Position numbers and translations under genes: made by a program
DNA from: Acidimicrobiales bacterium
GTDB taxonomy: Bacteria; Actinomycetota; Acidimicrobiia; Acidimicrobiales; SZUA-35
DNA: 64,000 nucleotides
Direction of reading: 5' to 3'
NCBI GenBank assembly: GCA_024638805.1
Contig: JAHEJO010000001.1
Span: 31,001-95,000, forward strand
Shown: positions 17,792 through 27,121 of the stretch, piece after piece
Numbering within the stretch: position 1 is the stretch's first letter
How the letters are laid out: every line of letters starts with the position of its first letter
Notes under the pieces: model-generated
Database searches by the model: none
The model's input: only the letters and a program-made list of their open reading frames with translations
Told to the model about the DNA's origin: nothing

Positions 17792-18352
17792 GTGTCTGAC
17801 TTCACTCCAACACCGCCCAGCGCGCCGACGTTTCGGTCCACCGAGATCGACGACATCGCGCAGAGCATGCGGCAGGAACGGCGTCGCCATCTCGAAGACG
17901 TCGAGGCAGCGGTGGCCGAATCCGAGCTGGCGAGAACACCCATCGATCTACGCCTCATGCAGCTCGGCAACCATTCGATCGAAGTGGGCCTCGAACTGAC
18001 CGACCGGGAGATCCGTGGCCGAGTGGTACATGTGGCCGGGGAGATCGTGACTATCGAGACGATCGGAGGTGACCATTTCGACGTCGTGATCGAACGTGTG
18101 CACGGGGTTCACTACATCGATCGCCCTGGGGAGGTCAGAGCCGTGAACACGGGATTCCCTGAAACGCTGGTGGCGCGACTGCGCGAGATCTGGACCGCCG
18201 ACGAACGTTGCACGATCGGACGGCTGGTCGGTCACGCCTTGGTGGGCGACATCCGAGCGGTTACCGACAGCCACATCGAACTCGTCGATCCGCAGGGCAA
18301 TTGCTGGCTGCTCCCGCACTCCAACATCGCGTGGGTCGGCCCCAAGGTGTAG
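17792..18352 (+). CDS. Hypothetical protein with two similar small beta-rich segments
   Basis: Clean 186-aa ORF. GRVVHVAGEIVTIETIGGDHFDVVIERV and GDIRAVTDSHIELVDPQGNCWLLPHSNI look like an internal duplication. No family recognised. Confidence 0.5.
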   Translation: MSDFTPTPPSAPTFRSTEIDDIAQSMRQERRRHLEDVEAAVAESELARTPIDLRLMQLGNHSIEVGLELTDREIRGRVVHVAGEIVTIETIGGDHFDVVIERVHGVHYIDRPGEVRAVNTGFPETLVARLREIWTADERCTIGRLVGHALVGDIRAVTDSHIELVDPQGNCWLLPHSNIAWVGPKV

Positions 18353-18356
18353 CACC

Positions 18357-18785
18357 TCAGCCGGCGAAGACGGTCTCGTCGAAGACGACCCCCTTCTCCA
18401 GCGTCTTGTGAACCGGACACCTCTGGGCGATCTGTTCGAGGCGGGCCCTCGTGGCATTGTCGAAAGCACCGTCGATGAAGATCTGCGATGTCACCCGATC
18501 GACCATGCCCGAACGGCTGTCATCGCATTGCGTGCAGTCATCGGCATGGACCCGCTCGTGTGTGTAGCTCACCGACAGCGACTCGATATCGATGTTCTTG
18601 CGTTTGGCGTACATCGTGACGGTGATGGCGGTGCAGGCCGCCAACGCACCGAGCAGGTAGTCATAGGGGTTCGGCCCGGTGTTGTCGCCGCCGACATCAG
18701 CCGGCTCGTCGGCCCGCCACACGTGAGTCCCATTGGTGATGTCGATGCGGTAGTCGCTGATGTGTTCTGCGGTGATCGTGGTCAT
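18357..18785 (-). CDS. OsmC family peroxiredoxin-like protein
   Basis: GPNPYDYLLGALAACTAITVTMYA and the C-terminal ...RCPVHKTL are typical OsmC/Ohr fold motifs. ATG at 18785 (MTTITAEH). Confidence 0.8.
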   Translation of the reverse strand: MTTITAEHISDYRIDITNGTHVWRADEPADVGGDNTGPNPYDYLLGALAACTAITVTMYAKRKNIDIESLSVSYTHERVHADDCTQCDDSRSGMVDRVTSQIFIDGAFDNATRARLEQIAQRCPVHKTLEKGVVFDETVFAG

Positions 18786-18825
18786 GGACAAGTCCAACCT
18801 GACCCTGTCCTGAGATGTTCCCGTT

Positions 18826-19611
18826 TCACCCGCCATCGAGATCCGGCGGCGGTAGCACAATCACCTCGCCGGGGTGGATGAGATCGGGATCGCCGGATCG
18901 GAGGGAGGCCTGATTGAACCGGACCAGTCGTACCCAGTAGTCCGTGATCTGGGCCACCGATGCCGGACCACCGAGCACGTCGAGGAGCCGGCGTTCGGCG
19001 ATCGACCAGAAGTGCTCCCCGCTCACGACGACATGGGTGAGAGCGGTGGCCGGCCCCACGCTGTCAGCAGCCTCGGGATCAGGCTCGGCGACCTCGGGGG
19101 TCGCCGTCGGGTCCGGGTCGTCAGGGTGGCCGGCTGACGATGTGGCCGATCGTGCACCGCTCGAATCGGTGCTCGCTGCGGGTCGGGTGGTCGACCGAGC
19201 CGCCGGCGTCGTCGTGGATGACACAACGGTTCCCAAGACCTCCAGTCGTGGAGTGGCGACCTCGGACGAACGGGGGGTACATGCCGGCGGAGTTCCCAGG
19301 ACGGCGACGGCGAACACCGCCCGGATCACATGGTGTGAGCCGGGGATCGTGATCTTGGCCAGCCGCGAGCATCGGGAGGTCGGCCGATCGATCACCAGTC
19401 CCAGCACGACGATGCTGAGCGCCAACCAGCCAGAGAGCACAGCGGCCGACCACCATGCTCCCAAGCTCACCAGCTCATCCACAGCCTCGGGCGATTCCAG
19501 CGGCCCGACGATGGGAGCCGAACCGATGAGCCCCACGGCTGGGGCGGTCAGCCCGACCACTAACGCACTCAACCGACGAAGACGTGGAGTCGAGTCGAAC
19601 GTGTTTGTCAT
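18826..19611 (-). CDS. Membrane-anchored LysM domain protein
   Basis: Two N-terminal hydrophobic spans and a low-complexity Thr/Ser/Pro/Ala linker. C-terminal LysM-like HVVVSGEHFWSIAERRL....IHPGEVIVLPP. Confidence 0.65.
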   Translation of the reverse strand: MTNTFDSTPRLRRLSALVVGLTAPAVGLIGSAPIVGPLESPEAVDELVSLGAWWSAAVLSGWLALSIVVLGLVIDRPTSRCSRLAKITIPGSHHVIRAVFAVAVLGTPPACTPRSSEVATPRLEVLGTVVSSTTTPAARSTTRPAASTDSSGARSATSSAGHPDDPDPTATPEVAEPDPEAADSVGPATALTHVVVSGEHFWSIAERRLLDVLGGPASVAQITDYWVRLVRFNQASLRSGDPDLIHPGEVIVLPPPDLDGG

Positions 19612-19650
19612 ATTTCTAGTGTAGTTTAATGTACTTCATTGAACAAGAGG
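19612..19650. promoter_or_regulatory. Second AT-rich island (divergent promoter region between the LysM gene and the helicase gene)
   Basis: atttctagtgtagtttaatgtacttcattgaacaagagg. It shares a TAG-TGTA-TT..GTACTT pattern with the island at 17310-17340. Confidence 0.45.
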
Positions 19651-19705
19651 GGTCCTCAGTATCAGCCTTGCCACCGGTGATCGCGCTCCCCTATTGTGAG
19701 AACAT

Positions 19706-21811
19706 ATGTTCGATTCGAGTGACACGACCGCACTGACAACACTGATCGACGACAGAACTCCCGATCCCGTTGGCCTGAACAGCGCTCAGCGCCGAGCGGT
19801 CGAGCACCGCGACGCTCCGCTGCTCGTCGTCGCCGGCGCAGGAACGGGAAAGACCAGGACGCTCGTCGCCCGGGTCGTCGACCTCATCGACAGCGGAGTG
19901 GACCCCAATCGCATCCTGCTCCTCACGTTCACCCGGCGCGCCGCGGCCGAGATGCTGCAACGGGTACGGGCGAGCTCGACCAGCCGGGCGCCGGAGCAGG
20001 TGTGGGGCGGCACGTTCCACTCGATCGCCAACCGGCTGCTACGCCAGTTCGGTGCGGCCGGCGGATTACCGGCCAACTTCACGGTTCTCGACAACTCCGA
20101 CACCACCGATCTGTTCGGGCTGCTGAGGACCGAGGAGGGATTCGGCGAACGGGCCAAGCGATTCCCACGGGCCAGTGCGGTGGCGAGCATCTACAGCCAG
20201 CTCGTCAACGGCCAGGCCAAGCTCGCCGACGTTCTCGAGACCGACTTTCCGTGGTGCGCTGACCACGCCGAGGACCTCAAGACCCTGTTCGAGGCCTACA
20301 CCACGCGCAAGAGAGCCAATGCCGTTCTCGACTATGACGACCTCCTGCTGTTCTGGCGTGCGCTCACAGCCAGCACGCTCGGGCCCGTGGTCAAGGACCT
20401 GTTCGACCACATCCTCATCGACGAGTATCAGGACACCAACCCGATCCAGGCCGACATCGTCGAGGGAATGTGTGCGCAGACCACGCAGGTGTGCGCCGTC
20501 GGTGACGACGCCCAGGCGATCTACGGATTCCGGTCGGCGACGGTGGCCAACATGTGGAACTTCGGGGACCGATTCACCGGTGCCGTCACGGTCACGCTCG
20601 AACAGAACTACCGCTCCACCATGCCGATCCTCCGATCGGCCAACGCCGTCCTCAGCCAACCGATCGCCGGGACGAACCCCCACCTCGCCAAGGAGTTGTG
20701 GAGTCGGGAGGCCCACGGACGCAAGCCCCTCGTCGTGACCTGCCACGACGAGCCGGCCCAGAGCGCATGGGTGGCCGATCGGGTACTCGACGCGAGAGAA
20801 CGAGGCGTCGACCTGCGAGACCAGGCCATCCTGTTTCGCGCCGGCCATCACTCCAACGGCTTGGAGCTCGAACTGGCCCGGCGGGACATCCCTTTCAAGA
20901 AGTATGGCGGCCTCAAGCACCTCGAGGCGGCGCATGTCAAGGACCTACTGGCGTTGTTGCGGGTGCTCGACAATCCTGCTGACCAGCTGGCATGGCATCG
21001 GGTTCTCGCCGGGCTGGAGGGGGTCGGGCCTGCAACAGAGCGCCGCCTGTCGGCCGAGTTGGGCATCGGGGTGGCGCAAGATCCGCTGCGCAACTTCCTC
21101 GACGGCGCCGGCCGGGTGGGATCCTCCGCACGAGCTCAGGTCGACGAACTCCGAGCCGCCTTCGGTGATTGCCTCGGCGACGGCGAGGAACACAGAGTCC
21201 TCTCCCCCGCAGCTCAGGTCAATCGCCTCCGAGGTTTCTGCGAACTGTTCTTCTCGAACAAGTACGACAACCCGGCGGCCCGGCTGGCCGATCTCGACTC
21301 GATCGCCACGACCGCCGAGCGGTACAACTCCCGTAGTCGAATGCTCGTCGAGCTCACCCTCGATCCACCCGGCGTCACCGGCGAGTGGGCCGGACCCCCT
21401 CATCTCGACGACGATTGGCTCACGCTGTCCACCATCCACTCGGCAAAGGGCCTCGAGTGGCGGCACGTTCACCTTCTCCATGCCACTGACGGCAACATCC
21501 CCTCGGACATGGCGATCGGCGACAACGACGGTCTCGCCGAGGAACTCCGGTTGCTGTACGTGGCGATGACCAGGGCCAAGGAAGAGCTGAACATCACCTT
21601 CCCGTTGCGCTATCACGTCAACCGCTTCGGACCCGACGATCGTCACGTCTACGCCCAGATGAGCCGCTTCCTCGAACCGGTGATCGAGCACTTCGACAAG
21701 GTCGGGGACCGCCACGACAATGGGATGGACCTTCGCCACGAAACCCTGGGCGACGAGCCGGCCCGGGTCGCCGACGGCGTCGACACGCTCCTCGCCAGCC
21801 TCTGGGCATGA
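19706..21811 (+). CDS. UvrD/PcrA/Rep-family ATP-dependent DNA helicase
   Basis: LNSAQRRAV, Walker A VVAGAGTGKTRTLV, DEYQDTN, QNYRST, and the C-terminal TIHSAKGLEW / LLYVAMTRAK motifs. Confidence 0.9.
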   Translation: MFDSSDTTALTTLIDDRTPDPVGLNSAQRRAVEHRDAPLLVVAGAGTGKTRTLVARVVDLIDSGVDPNRILLLTFTRRAAAEMLQRVRASSTSRAPEQVWGGTFHSIANRLLRQFGAAGGLPANFTVLDNSDTTDLFGLLRTEEGFGERAKRFPRASAVASIYSQLVNGQAKLADVLETDFPWCADHAEDLKTLFEAYTTRKRANAVLDYDDLLLFWRALTASTLGPVVKDLFDHILIDEYQDTNPIQADIVEGMCAQTTQVCAVGDDAQAIYGFRSATVANMWNFGDRFTGAVTVTLEQNYRSTMPILRSANAVLSQPIAGTNPHLAKELWSREAHGRKPLVVTCHDEPAQSAWVADRVLDARERGVDLRDQAILFRAGHHSNGLELELARRDIPFKKYGGLKHLEAAHVKDLLALLRVLDNPADQLAWHRVLAGLEGVGPATERRLSAELGIGVAQDPLRNFLDGAGRVGSSARAQVDELRAAFGDCLGDGEEHRVLSPAAQVNRLRGFCELFFSNKYDNPAARLADLDSIATTAERYNSRSRMLVELTLDPPGVTGEWAGPPHLDDDWLTLSTIHSAKGLEWRHVHLLHATDGNIPSDMAIGDNDGLAEELRLLYVAMTRAKEELNITFPLRYHVNRFGPDDRHVYAQMSRFLEPVIEHFDKVGDRHDNGMDLRHETLGDEPARVADGVDTLLASLWA

Positions 21812-22737
21812 GGGCACATCCCTCATCTAGTCTGACCGCTATGAGTTCGAGCCGGACGGTCGACATCCCGGCTGACCTCGACGTCCGCCAGACCGTCCGA
21901 GGCGCAAAGCTCCCGGTGATGGTCGGCCCCAACGGGGCCTGGTGGAGCACCCGTGCCCCCGGCGGCCTCGGCACCCTCTTTCTCGATCGCGTTCGACCCG
22001 ATGCGGTGCGTGGTCAGGCGTGGGGGCCGGGGGCCGAGTGGCTGCTCGAGCAGCTTCCCGCGCTGCTCGGGTCGTGCGACGATTCGAGCGGTTTCGAACC
22101 GGACGGCATCGTGGGCCGACTGTGGGCCAGGTCCCCTCATCGTCTGAGCAGGACCGACCGGCCGTGGGATGCGCTCGTCGGAGCCATCCTCGGGCAAAAG
22201 GTGCAGGTGAGCCGGGCAACCCGTTCGAGACGAATGATCGCTCGTCGCTTCGGCGACCCGGCGCCGGGTCCGGCGCAGCGCCGGACCACCTGGATCCTGC
22301 CGAGCCCCGAGACGGTCGCCGACCTCGCCTACCACGATCTTCACCCCTGCGGCGTGGAGCGCAAACGAGCCGCCACGCTGATCGGGGTGGCCAACGAGGT
22401 TCGCCGGCTCGACCCGTTGTGGGATCGGCGACCGGCTGAGATACGGGCTCGGCTCGAGCGAATCCACGGCATCGGACCGTGGTCGTCGGCGCTGGTCACC
22501 GCAGTCGCCTTCGGCGATCCCGACGCCGTACCGGTCGGCGATTTCCATGTCCCCAACCTGGTGGCGTGGTGCCTGGCCGGTGAACCCAGAGCGACCGACG
22601 AGCGGATGCTCGAATTGCTCGAACCGTATCGAGGTCACCGCTGGCGAGTCATCCGTCTGGCCAAGAACAACGGGGCCGCTCCCAGATACGGTCCCCGCCT
22701 CAGCCTCACCGGCGACGGCCTGACCCGAGGCGGTTGA
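21808..22737 (+). CDS. HhH-GPD superfamily DNA glycosylase (AlkA-like, 3-methyladenine glycosylase II family)
   Basis: WDALVGAILGQKVQV, the hairpin-helix-hairpin RIHGIGPWSSALV, and the catalytic-Asp context AVPVGDFHV. The ATG overlaps the helicase stop (ATGA). Confidence 0.75.
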   Translation: MRAHPSSSLTAMSSSRTVDIPADLDVRQTVRGAKLPVMVGPNGAWWSTRAPGGLGTLFLDRVRPDAVRGQAWGPGAEWLLEQLPALLGSCDDSSGFEPDGIVGRLWARSPHRLSRTDRPWDALVGAILGQKVQVSRATRSRRMIARRFGDPAPGPAQRRTTWILPSPETVADLAYHDLHPCGVERKRAATLIGVANEVRRLDPLWDRRPAEIRARLERIHGIGPWSSALVTAVAFGDPDAVPVGDFHVPNLVAWCLAGEPRATDERMLELLEPYRGHRWRVIRLAKNNGAAPRYGPRLSLTGDGLTRGG

Positions 22738-22741
22738 CGCC

Positions 22742-24466
22742 TCAGCCGACCAGGCGTTCCCGCAGAGTCCGTTTGACGAACTTGCCGTTGGCATTGCGGG
22801 GCAGAGCCTCGTCGAGAAACCAGATATGGGCGGGCACCTTGTAGGCGGCCAGTCGCTCACCGAGGAACGCCCGCACCTGGTCGGCATCGAGCGCTGCCCC
22901 CGGTCGAAGCACAACCGCCATGCCCACCTCCTCTCCCAAGCGCTCGTCGGGCACGGCGAAGACCGCCGCCTCGGCCACGGCATCGTGGTGGTACATGGCG
23001 TTCTCCACCTCCGAGCAATACACGTTCTCGCCGCCGCGCAGGACCATGTCCTTGGCCCGATCGACGATGTAGACGAAACCGTCGTCGTCGATGCGAGCGA
23101 TGTCGCCGGTGTTGAACCAGCCGTCCTGGATCGCCTGGGCGGTCGCCTCCGGTTTGTTCAGGTACCCCTTGATGATGATCGGACCCTTCACCCACAGGAT
23201 TCCCGTTTCGCCCGGTTCGAGGTCGTTGCCCAGCTCATCGCGAATCACCCCGTCGCAGGTGGGGACGATCGGACCGCACGACGCCGGCTTGGCCAGGTAC
23301 ATCGCCGCCGAATTGGCGGCGACGATCCCATGGGTCTCGGTGAGTCCATAACCGGTGGAGGGCATCCCGGACTCCAATGTCGAACCGATCTTTGCCACCA
23401 GGTCCGGTTGGAACGACGCGCCGCCGCCTCCGAGTGACTGCATCGAGGAGGTGTCACGCCGTGCCCAATCGGGGTGGCTGAGCAGTTCCCGACTCATCGT
23501 CGGGACACCGCTGAGGCTCGTGACCCGCTCGCGTTCGATCAGTTCGAGCGCTCGACCCGGGTCCCATCGATAGGTCAGCACGATCGCACCACCCACCGCG
23601 GTCGCGGGGTGGAGGAGACAGTTGTTGGCGGTGACGTGGAAGAGCGGCGTGGGAGCCATGACGCAGGGTTGAAGAGCGTTGGGCGACGGTGCCGCCCCGG
23701 TCTCGGCCGCCATCACCTTGGGGATCTCCTGCATGAAGCCGATGTGCATGAGGTTGTGCACCGACCCCCGATGGGTCAGTTGAGCCCCCTTGGCGTGCCC
23801 GGTCGTGCCGGACGTGTAGAAGATGCACATGTCGTCGTCGGGGTCGATCTCCACCGATGGCAGCGCGTCGGGGGCGGTGTCGGGATCGACCACGTCGGAC
23901 CAGGTGGCGCCGCCGGCGGGCAGAGGCCGGCCGGTTCGCACCGAGATCACACGAAGACCACACCGTTCTTGCAACGCATCGTGAATCGGGTCTACCCGCT
24001 CCAGCCGTTCGTGGTCACAGATCAGAACAGCCGGTTCGGAGTCGGTGAGGGCGTACTCCATCTCGGTGGTGGTCCACCAGGCGTTCATCCCCACGCACGC
24101 CGCACCGGTGCTGATGATCGCCCAATAGCTGAGGACCCATTCGGGATAGTTCCGCATCGCCACAGCCACGCGGTCGCCAGGACCGACCCCGTACCGTTCC
24201 CTCAGGGCGCACGCCAGGGACCGCACGATTCTGTGGGCCTCGGCATAGGTCAGTGTCTCGTCTTCGAACACGAGATACCTCCGGTCGCCGTATCCGGCGG
24301 TGAAGGCCCACAGATCGCGCATGTTGGCCGGTGCGCCGGCGAAGACACGCATCGGGATGCCGCCGACCTCGGTGTCGACCATTTCGAATCTCCCTCCGGG
24401 CTCGATGAGCGAGTTCCAGGCAGCGCGATAGCCGGCGATGAGCTCCGCGGCCGGTGGCGTCGTCAT
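22742..24466 (-). CDS. AMP-dependent acyl-CoA synthetase/ligase (class I adenylate-forming enzyme)
   Basis: FYTSGTTGHAKGAQLTH, YGLTET, and GWFNTGDIARIDDDGFVYIVDRAKD motifs. ATG at 24466 chosen. Confidence 0.9.
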   Translation of the reverse strand: MTTPPAAELIAGYRAAWNSLIEPGGRFEMVDTEVGGIPMRVFAGAPANMRDLWAFTAGYGDRRYLVFEDETLTYAEAHRIVRSLACALRERYGVGPGDRVAVAMRNYPEWVLSYWAIISTGAACVGMNAWWTTTEMEYALTDSEPAVLICDHERLERVDPIHDALQERCGLRVISVRTGRPLPAGGATWSDVVDPDTAPDALPSVEIDPDDDMCIFYTSGTTGHAKGAQLTHRGSVHNLMHIGFMQEIPKVMAAETGAAPSPNALQPCVMAPTPLFHVTANNCLLHPATAVGGAIVLTYRWDPGRALELIERERVTSLSGVPTMSRELLSHPDWARRDTSSMQSLGGGGASFQPDLVAKIGSTLESGMPSTGYGLTETHGIVAANSAAMYLAKPASCGPIVPTCDGVIRDELGNDLEPGETGILWVKGPIIIKGYLNKPEATAQAIQDGWFNTGDIARIDDDGFVYIVDRAKDMVLRGGENVYCSEVENAMYHHDAVAEAAVFAVPDERLGEEVGMAVVLRPGAALDADQVRAFLGERLAAYKVPAHIWFLDEALPRNANGKFVKRTLRERLVG

Positions 24467-24533
24467 GCCGAGATCGTACCGACCGGTCTCGTCCGGGCGG
24501 AACCAAGCCCCGGAGGTGCTAGACCAAAGAACT

Positions 24534-25748
24534 GTGGACATCGTCGTCGTCGGCGCCGGCCTGGCCGGTCTCGCCGCAGCTGTTGATCTGACCGACAAGG
24601 GTCATTCCGTGATCGTGCTCGAAGCATCCGACGGTCCCGGCGGTCGGGTGCGAACCGACACCGTCGACGGCCACCTCTGCGACCGTGGTTTCCAGATCCT
24701 TCTCACCGCTTATCCAGACGCGACCGACCTCCTCGACTACGACGCGCTCGAGCTGCAGGCGTTCACCCCCGGGGCCAAGGTGCTCCTGGGCGACGGGAAG
24801 ACTGCGACGGTCGGCGATCCGCTCCGGGCCCCGAGCCAGCTCATCCCGACGATTGTGGCGCCGGTCGGTTCGCTGGTCGACAAGGCCCGGATCCTCGCCT
24901 ACCGCATCCAGACCACCCGCGGCACCCTCGATGAACTGTGGGCCCGGGAAGACGTCACCGCCAGAACCCGGTTCAGGGAATTCGGCTTCAGCCCGACGAT
25001 GATCGACCGGTTCCTCAAGCCGCTGTTCGCCGGGATCACGCTGGACCCCGAACTCGGTGGCTCCAGCAGAGTTGTCGATTTCGTCTTCCGGATGCTCGCC
25101 CAAGGCGATGCGGCCGTCCCCCGATTCGGTATGGGTCGGATCAGCGAGCAGCTGAGCGGGCGCCTCGCCGAGGGCTCCCTCCGCCTCAACGAGAAAGCGG
25201 TGGACGTCGACAGGAACTCGGTCACCCTCCGGGGCGGTGAGACGATGGAAGCCGATGCGATCGTGGTCGCCACCGGAGCAACCGAAGCCGCTCGACTGAT
25301 CGATGTTCCCGACCCCGGCTGGCGAGGGGTGACGAGTATCTGGTTCGCCGCCCCCGAACCATTGGAACCCGATCCGATCATCGTGCTCAACGGAACCGGG
25401 AAGGGCCCGCTCAATTCGATCGTCACGATGAGCGCGGTGTCAGCGGCCTACGCGCCGGCGGGTTCGCACACCGTCGTCGTGTCCGCGCCGTCGGTCGCCC
25501 AGGGAACCGAGGACGCCATGCGCCGCCAACTGCGAGAGCTGGCCGGTCCTATGACCGACTCGTGGGAGACGCTGCGGGTCGATCGGATCCCGCGAGCCCA
25601 ACCGATCCAACTCCCCGGCTACGACAACAACCCAGCGGTCGAGCTCCCCAACGGGGTCTACGTGTGTGGGGACCACCGGCGCAACGCCAGCATCAACGGT
25701 GCTCTGGCCAGCGGCCGTGCGGTTGCCGAGCACCTGAACGATCGGTGA
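24534..25748 (+). CDS. FAD-dependent oxidoreductase (amine oxidase / phytoene desaturase-like)
   Basis: Dinucleotide-binding motif VDIVVVGAGLAGLAAAVDL...VLEASDGPGGR. The start is uncertain: GTG at 24534, while upstream in-frame codons overlap the divergent gene. Confidence 0.8.
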   Translation: MDIVVVGAGLAGLAAAVDLTDKGHSVIVLEASDGPGGRVRTDTVDGHLCDRGFQILLTAYPDATDLLDYDALELQAFTPGAKVLLGDGKTATVGDPLRAPSQLIPTIVAPVGSLVDKARILAYRIQTTRGTLDELWAREDVTARTRFREFGFSPTMIDRFLKPLFAGITLDPELGGSSRVVDFVFRMLAQGDAAVPRFGMGRISEQLSGRLAEGSLRLNEKAVDVDRNSVTLRGGETMEADAIVVATGATEAARLIDVPDPGWRGVTSIWFAAPEPLEPDPIIVLNGTGKGPLNSIVTMSAVSAAYAPAGSHTVVVSAPSVAQGTEDAMRRQLRELAGPMTDSWETLRVDRIPRAQPIQLPGYDNNPAVELPNGVYVCGDHRRNASINGALASGRAVAEHLNDR

Positions 25749-25754
25749 CCACTC

Positions 25755-27059
25755 TCACGCGGTCGTGTGGCGAAGGATCAAACCCTGTTTCCTGGCCGCC
25801 GCGGTGAGCTTGTCCCGGAAGTCGGGATGGGCCACCTCGATCAGCGCCCGGGCCCGTTCGTCGAGGGTGCGACCCCGCAAGGTGGCCACACCCCACTCGG
25901 TCACCACGTGGTCGACCGTATTCTTCATCGTGGTGACCACCGCACCCGGCTTGAGGGTCGGCACGATCCTGGTCTTGCCTTTCCGGGTGGTACTGGGCAG
26001 CACGATGTAACCGTCGCCACCTCGGGAGTACTGGGCTCCCCTGGCGAAGTCGGCTTGGCCACCGCTGCCCGAGAAGTAACGGGTCCCCAGTGTTTCGGAG
26101 GCGCACTGGCCGATGAGGTCAACCTCGAGCGAGCCGTTCACGGAGACGAACTTGGGTTCCCGTCCGATCCGGCGGGGATCGTTGGTCTCGTTGACGGGCA
26201 GGAACACGACGCCGTCGTTGTTGTCGAGGAAGTCGTAGAGCCGGTTCGTCCCCAGCGCAAAGGTGGCGACCGCCCGTCGCACGTACGAACGCTTGAAGAT
26301 CCCGGTGACCGCACCCGACTCCATCAGATCCACCATCGGATCGGCGAACAGTTCGGTGTGGATGGCGAGGTCCTTGTGCTCGGTGAGGAGAGAGGCGACC
26401 GCGGTGGGAATCCCGCCGATCCCCAGTTGCAGCGTGGCGCCGTCGGGAACCCTCTCGGCGACCAGCTCAGCGATCGTACGTTCTCGGCCGGTGGGCACGA
26501 TCGACGGCACTTCGATCAGCGGATAGCTCGTCTCGCACCAACCCAGGGTTTCACTCAGCCGAATCCGGTTGGCGCCGAAGGTTCTGGGCATCTGGTCGTT
26601 GATCTCGAGGATGAACGGGACCGAACCGATCAGCGAAGTCGAGTAGCTGCCGGTCACGCCGAGCGACACGTACCCGTGCGCGTCGGGCGGACTGGCGGCA
26701 GCCAACACGACGACAGGCTCCTTCTCCCTTAGGAACTCGGGAACCTCGCTGTAGTTGGCCGGGGCGAAATCGACCGTTCCCTTCGAGAAGGCCTTGCGGG
26801 TGACGTGCGACAGGAACCAGGCGATGTGGTTCAGATGCCCATCGAAATCGCCACGGATGTACGGCCGGTCCCTCAGTGCATGCATCTGGTGCAGCCGAAC
26901 GCCGTGCAAACGGTCGGCCCGGGCCTCGATCTCGTTGAGCAGCTCGACGGGTTCGCCGTTGGCGATGGGGAGCACGACGTCGCAGTCGGCGGGGAGCTGG
27001 GCCACCAGCGCCTCGGCGAGACCTACCGGTGTGTGATCCTGAATGCGAGAGAGTGCCAT
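25755..27059 (-). CDS. Acetyl-CoA hydrolase/transferase family protein (4-hydroxybutyrate CoA-transferase-like)
   Basis: Family-typical LQLGIGGIPTAV and SGSGGQADF motifs. Start is ATG 27059 or TTG 27068. Confidence 0.85.
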   Translation of the reverse strand: MALSRIQDHTPVGLAEALVAQLPADCDVVLPIANGEPVELLNEIEARADRLHGVRLHQMHALRDRPYIRGDFDGHLNHIAWFLSHVTRKAFSKGTVDFAPANYSEVPEFLREKEPVVVLAAASPPDAHGYVSLGVTGSYSTSLIGSVPFILEINDQMPRTFGANRIRLSETLGWCETSYPLIEVPSIVPTGRERTIAELVAERVPDGATLQLGIGGIPTAVASLLTEHKDLAIHTELFADPMVDLMESGAVTGIFKRSYVRRAVATFALGTNRLYDFLDNNDGVVFLPVNETNDPRRIGREPKFVSVNGSLEVDLIGQCASETLGTRYFSGSGGQADFARGAQYSRGGDGYIVLPSTTRKGKTRIVPTLKPGAVVTTMKNTVDHVVTEWGVATLRGRTLDERARALIEVAHPDFRDKLTAAARKQGLILRHTTA

Positions 27060-27121
27060 AGCCACCAACGGTAACGACCCGGCCAGCGTCCGGATTGAGA
27101 TCCTCGTCTAGCTTCTGGGAC

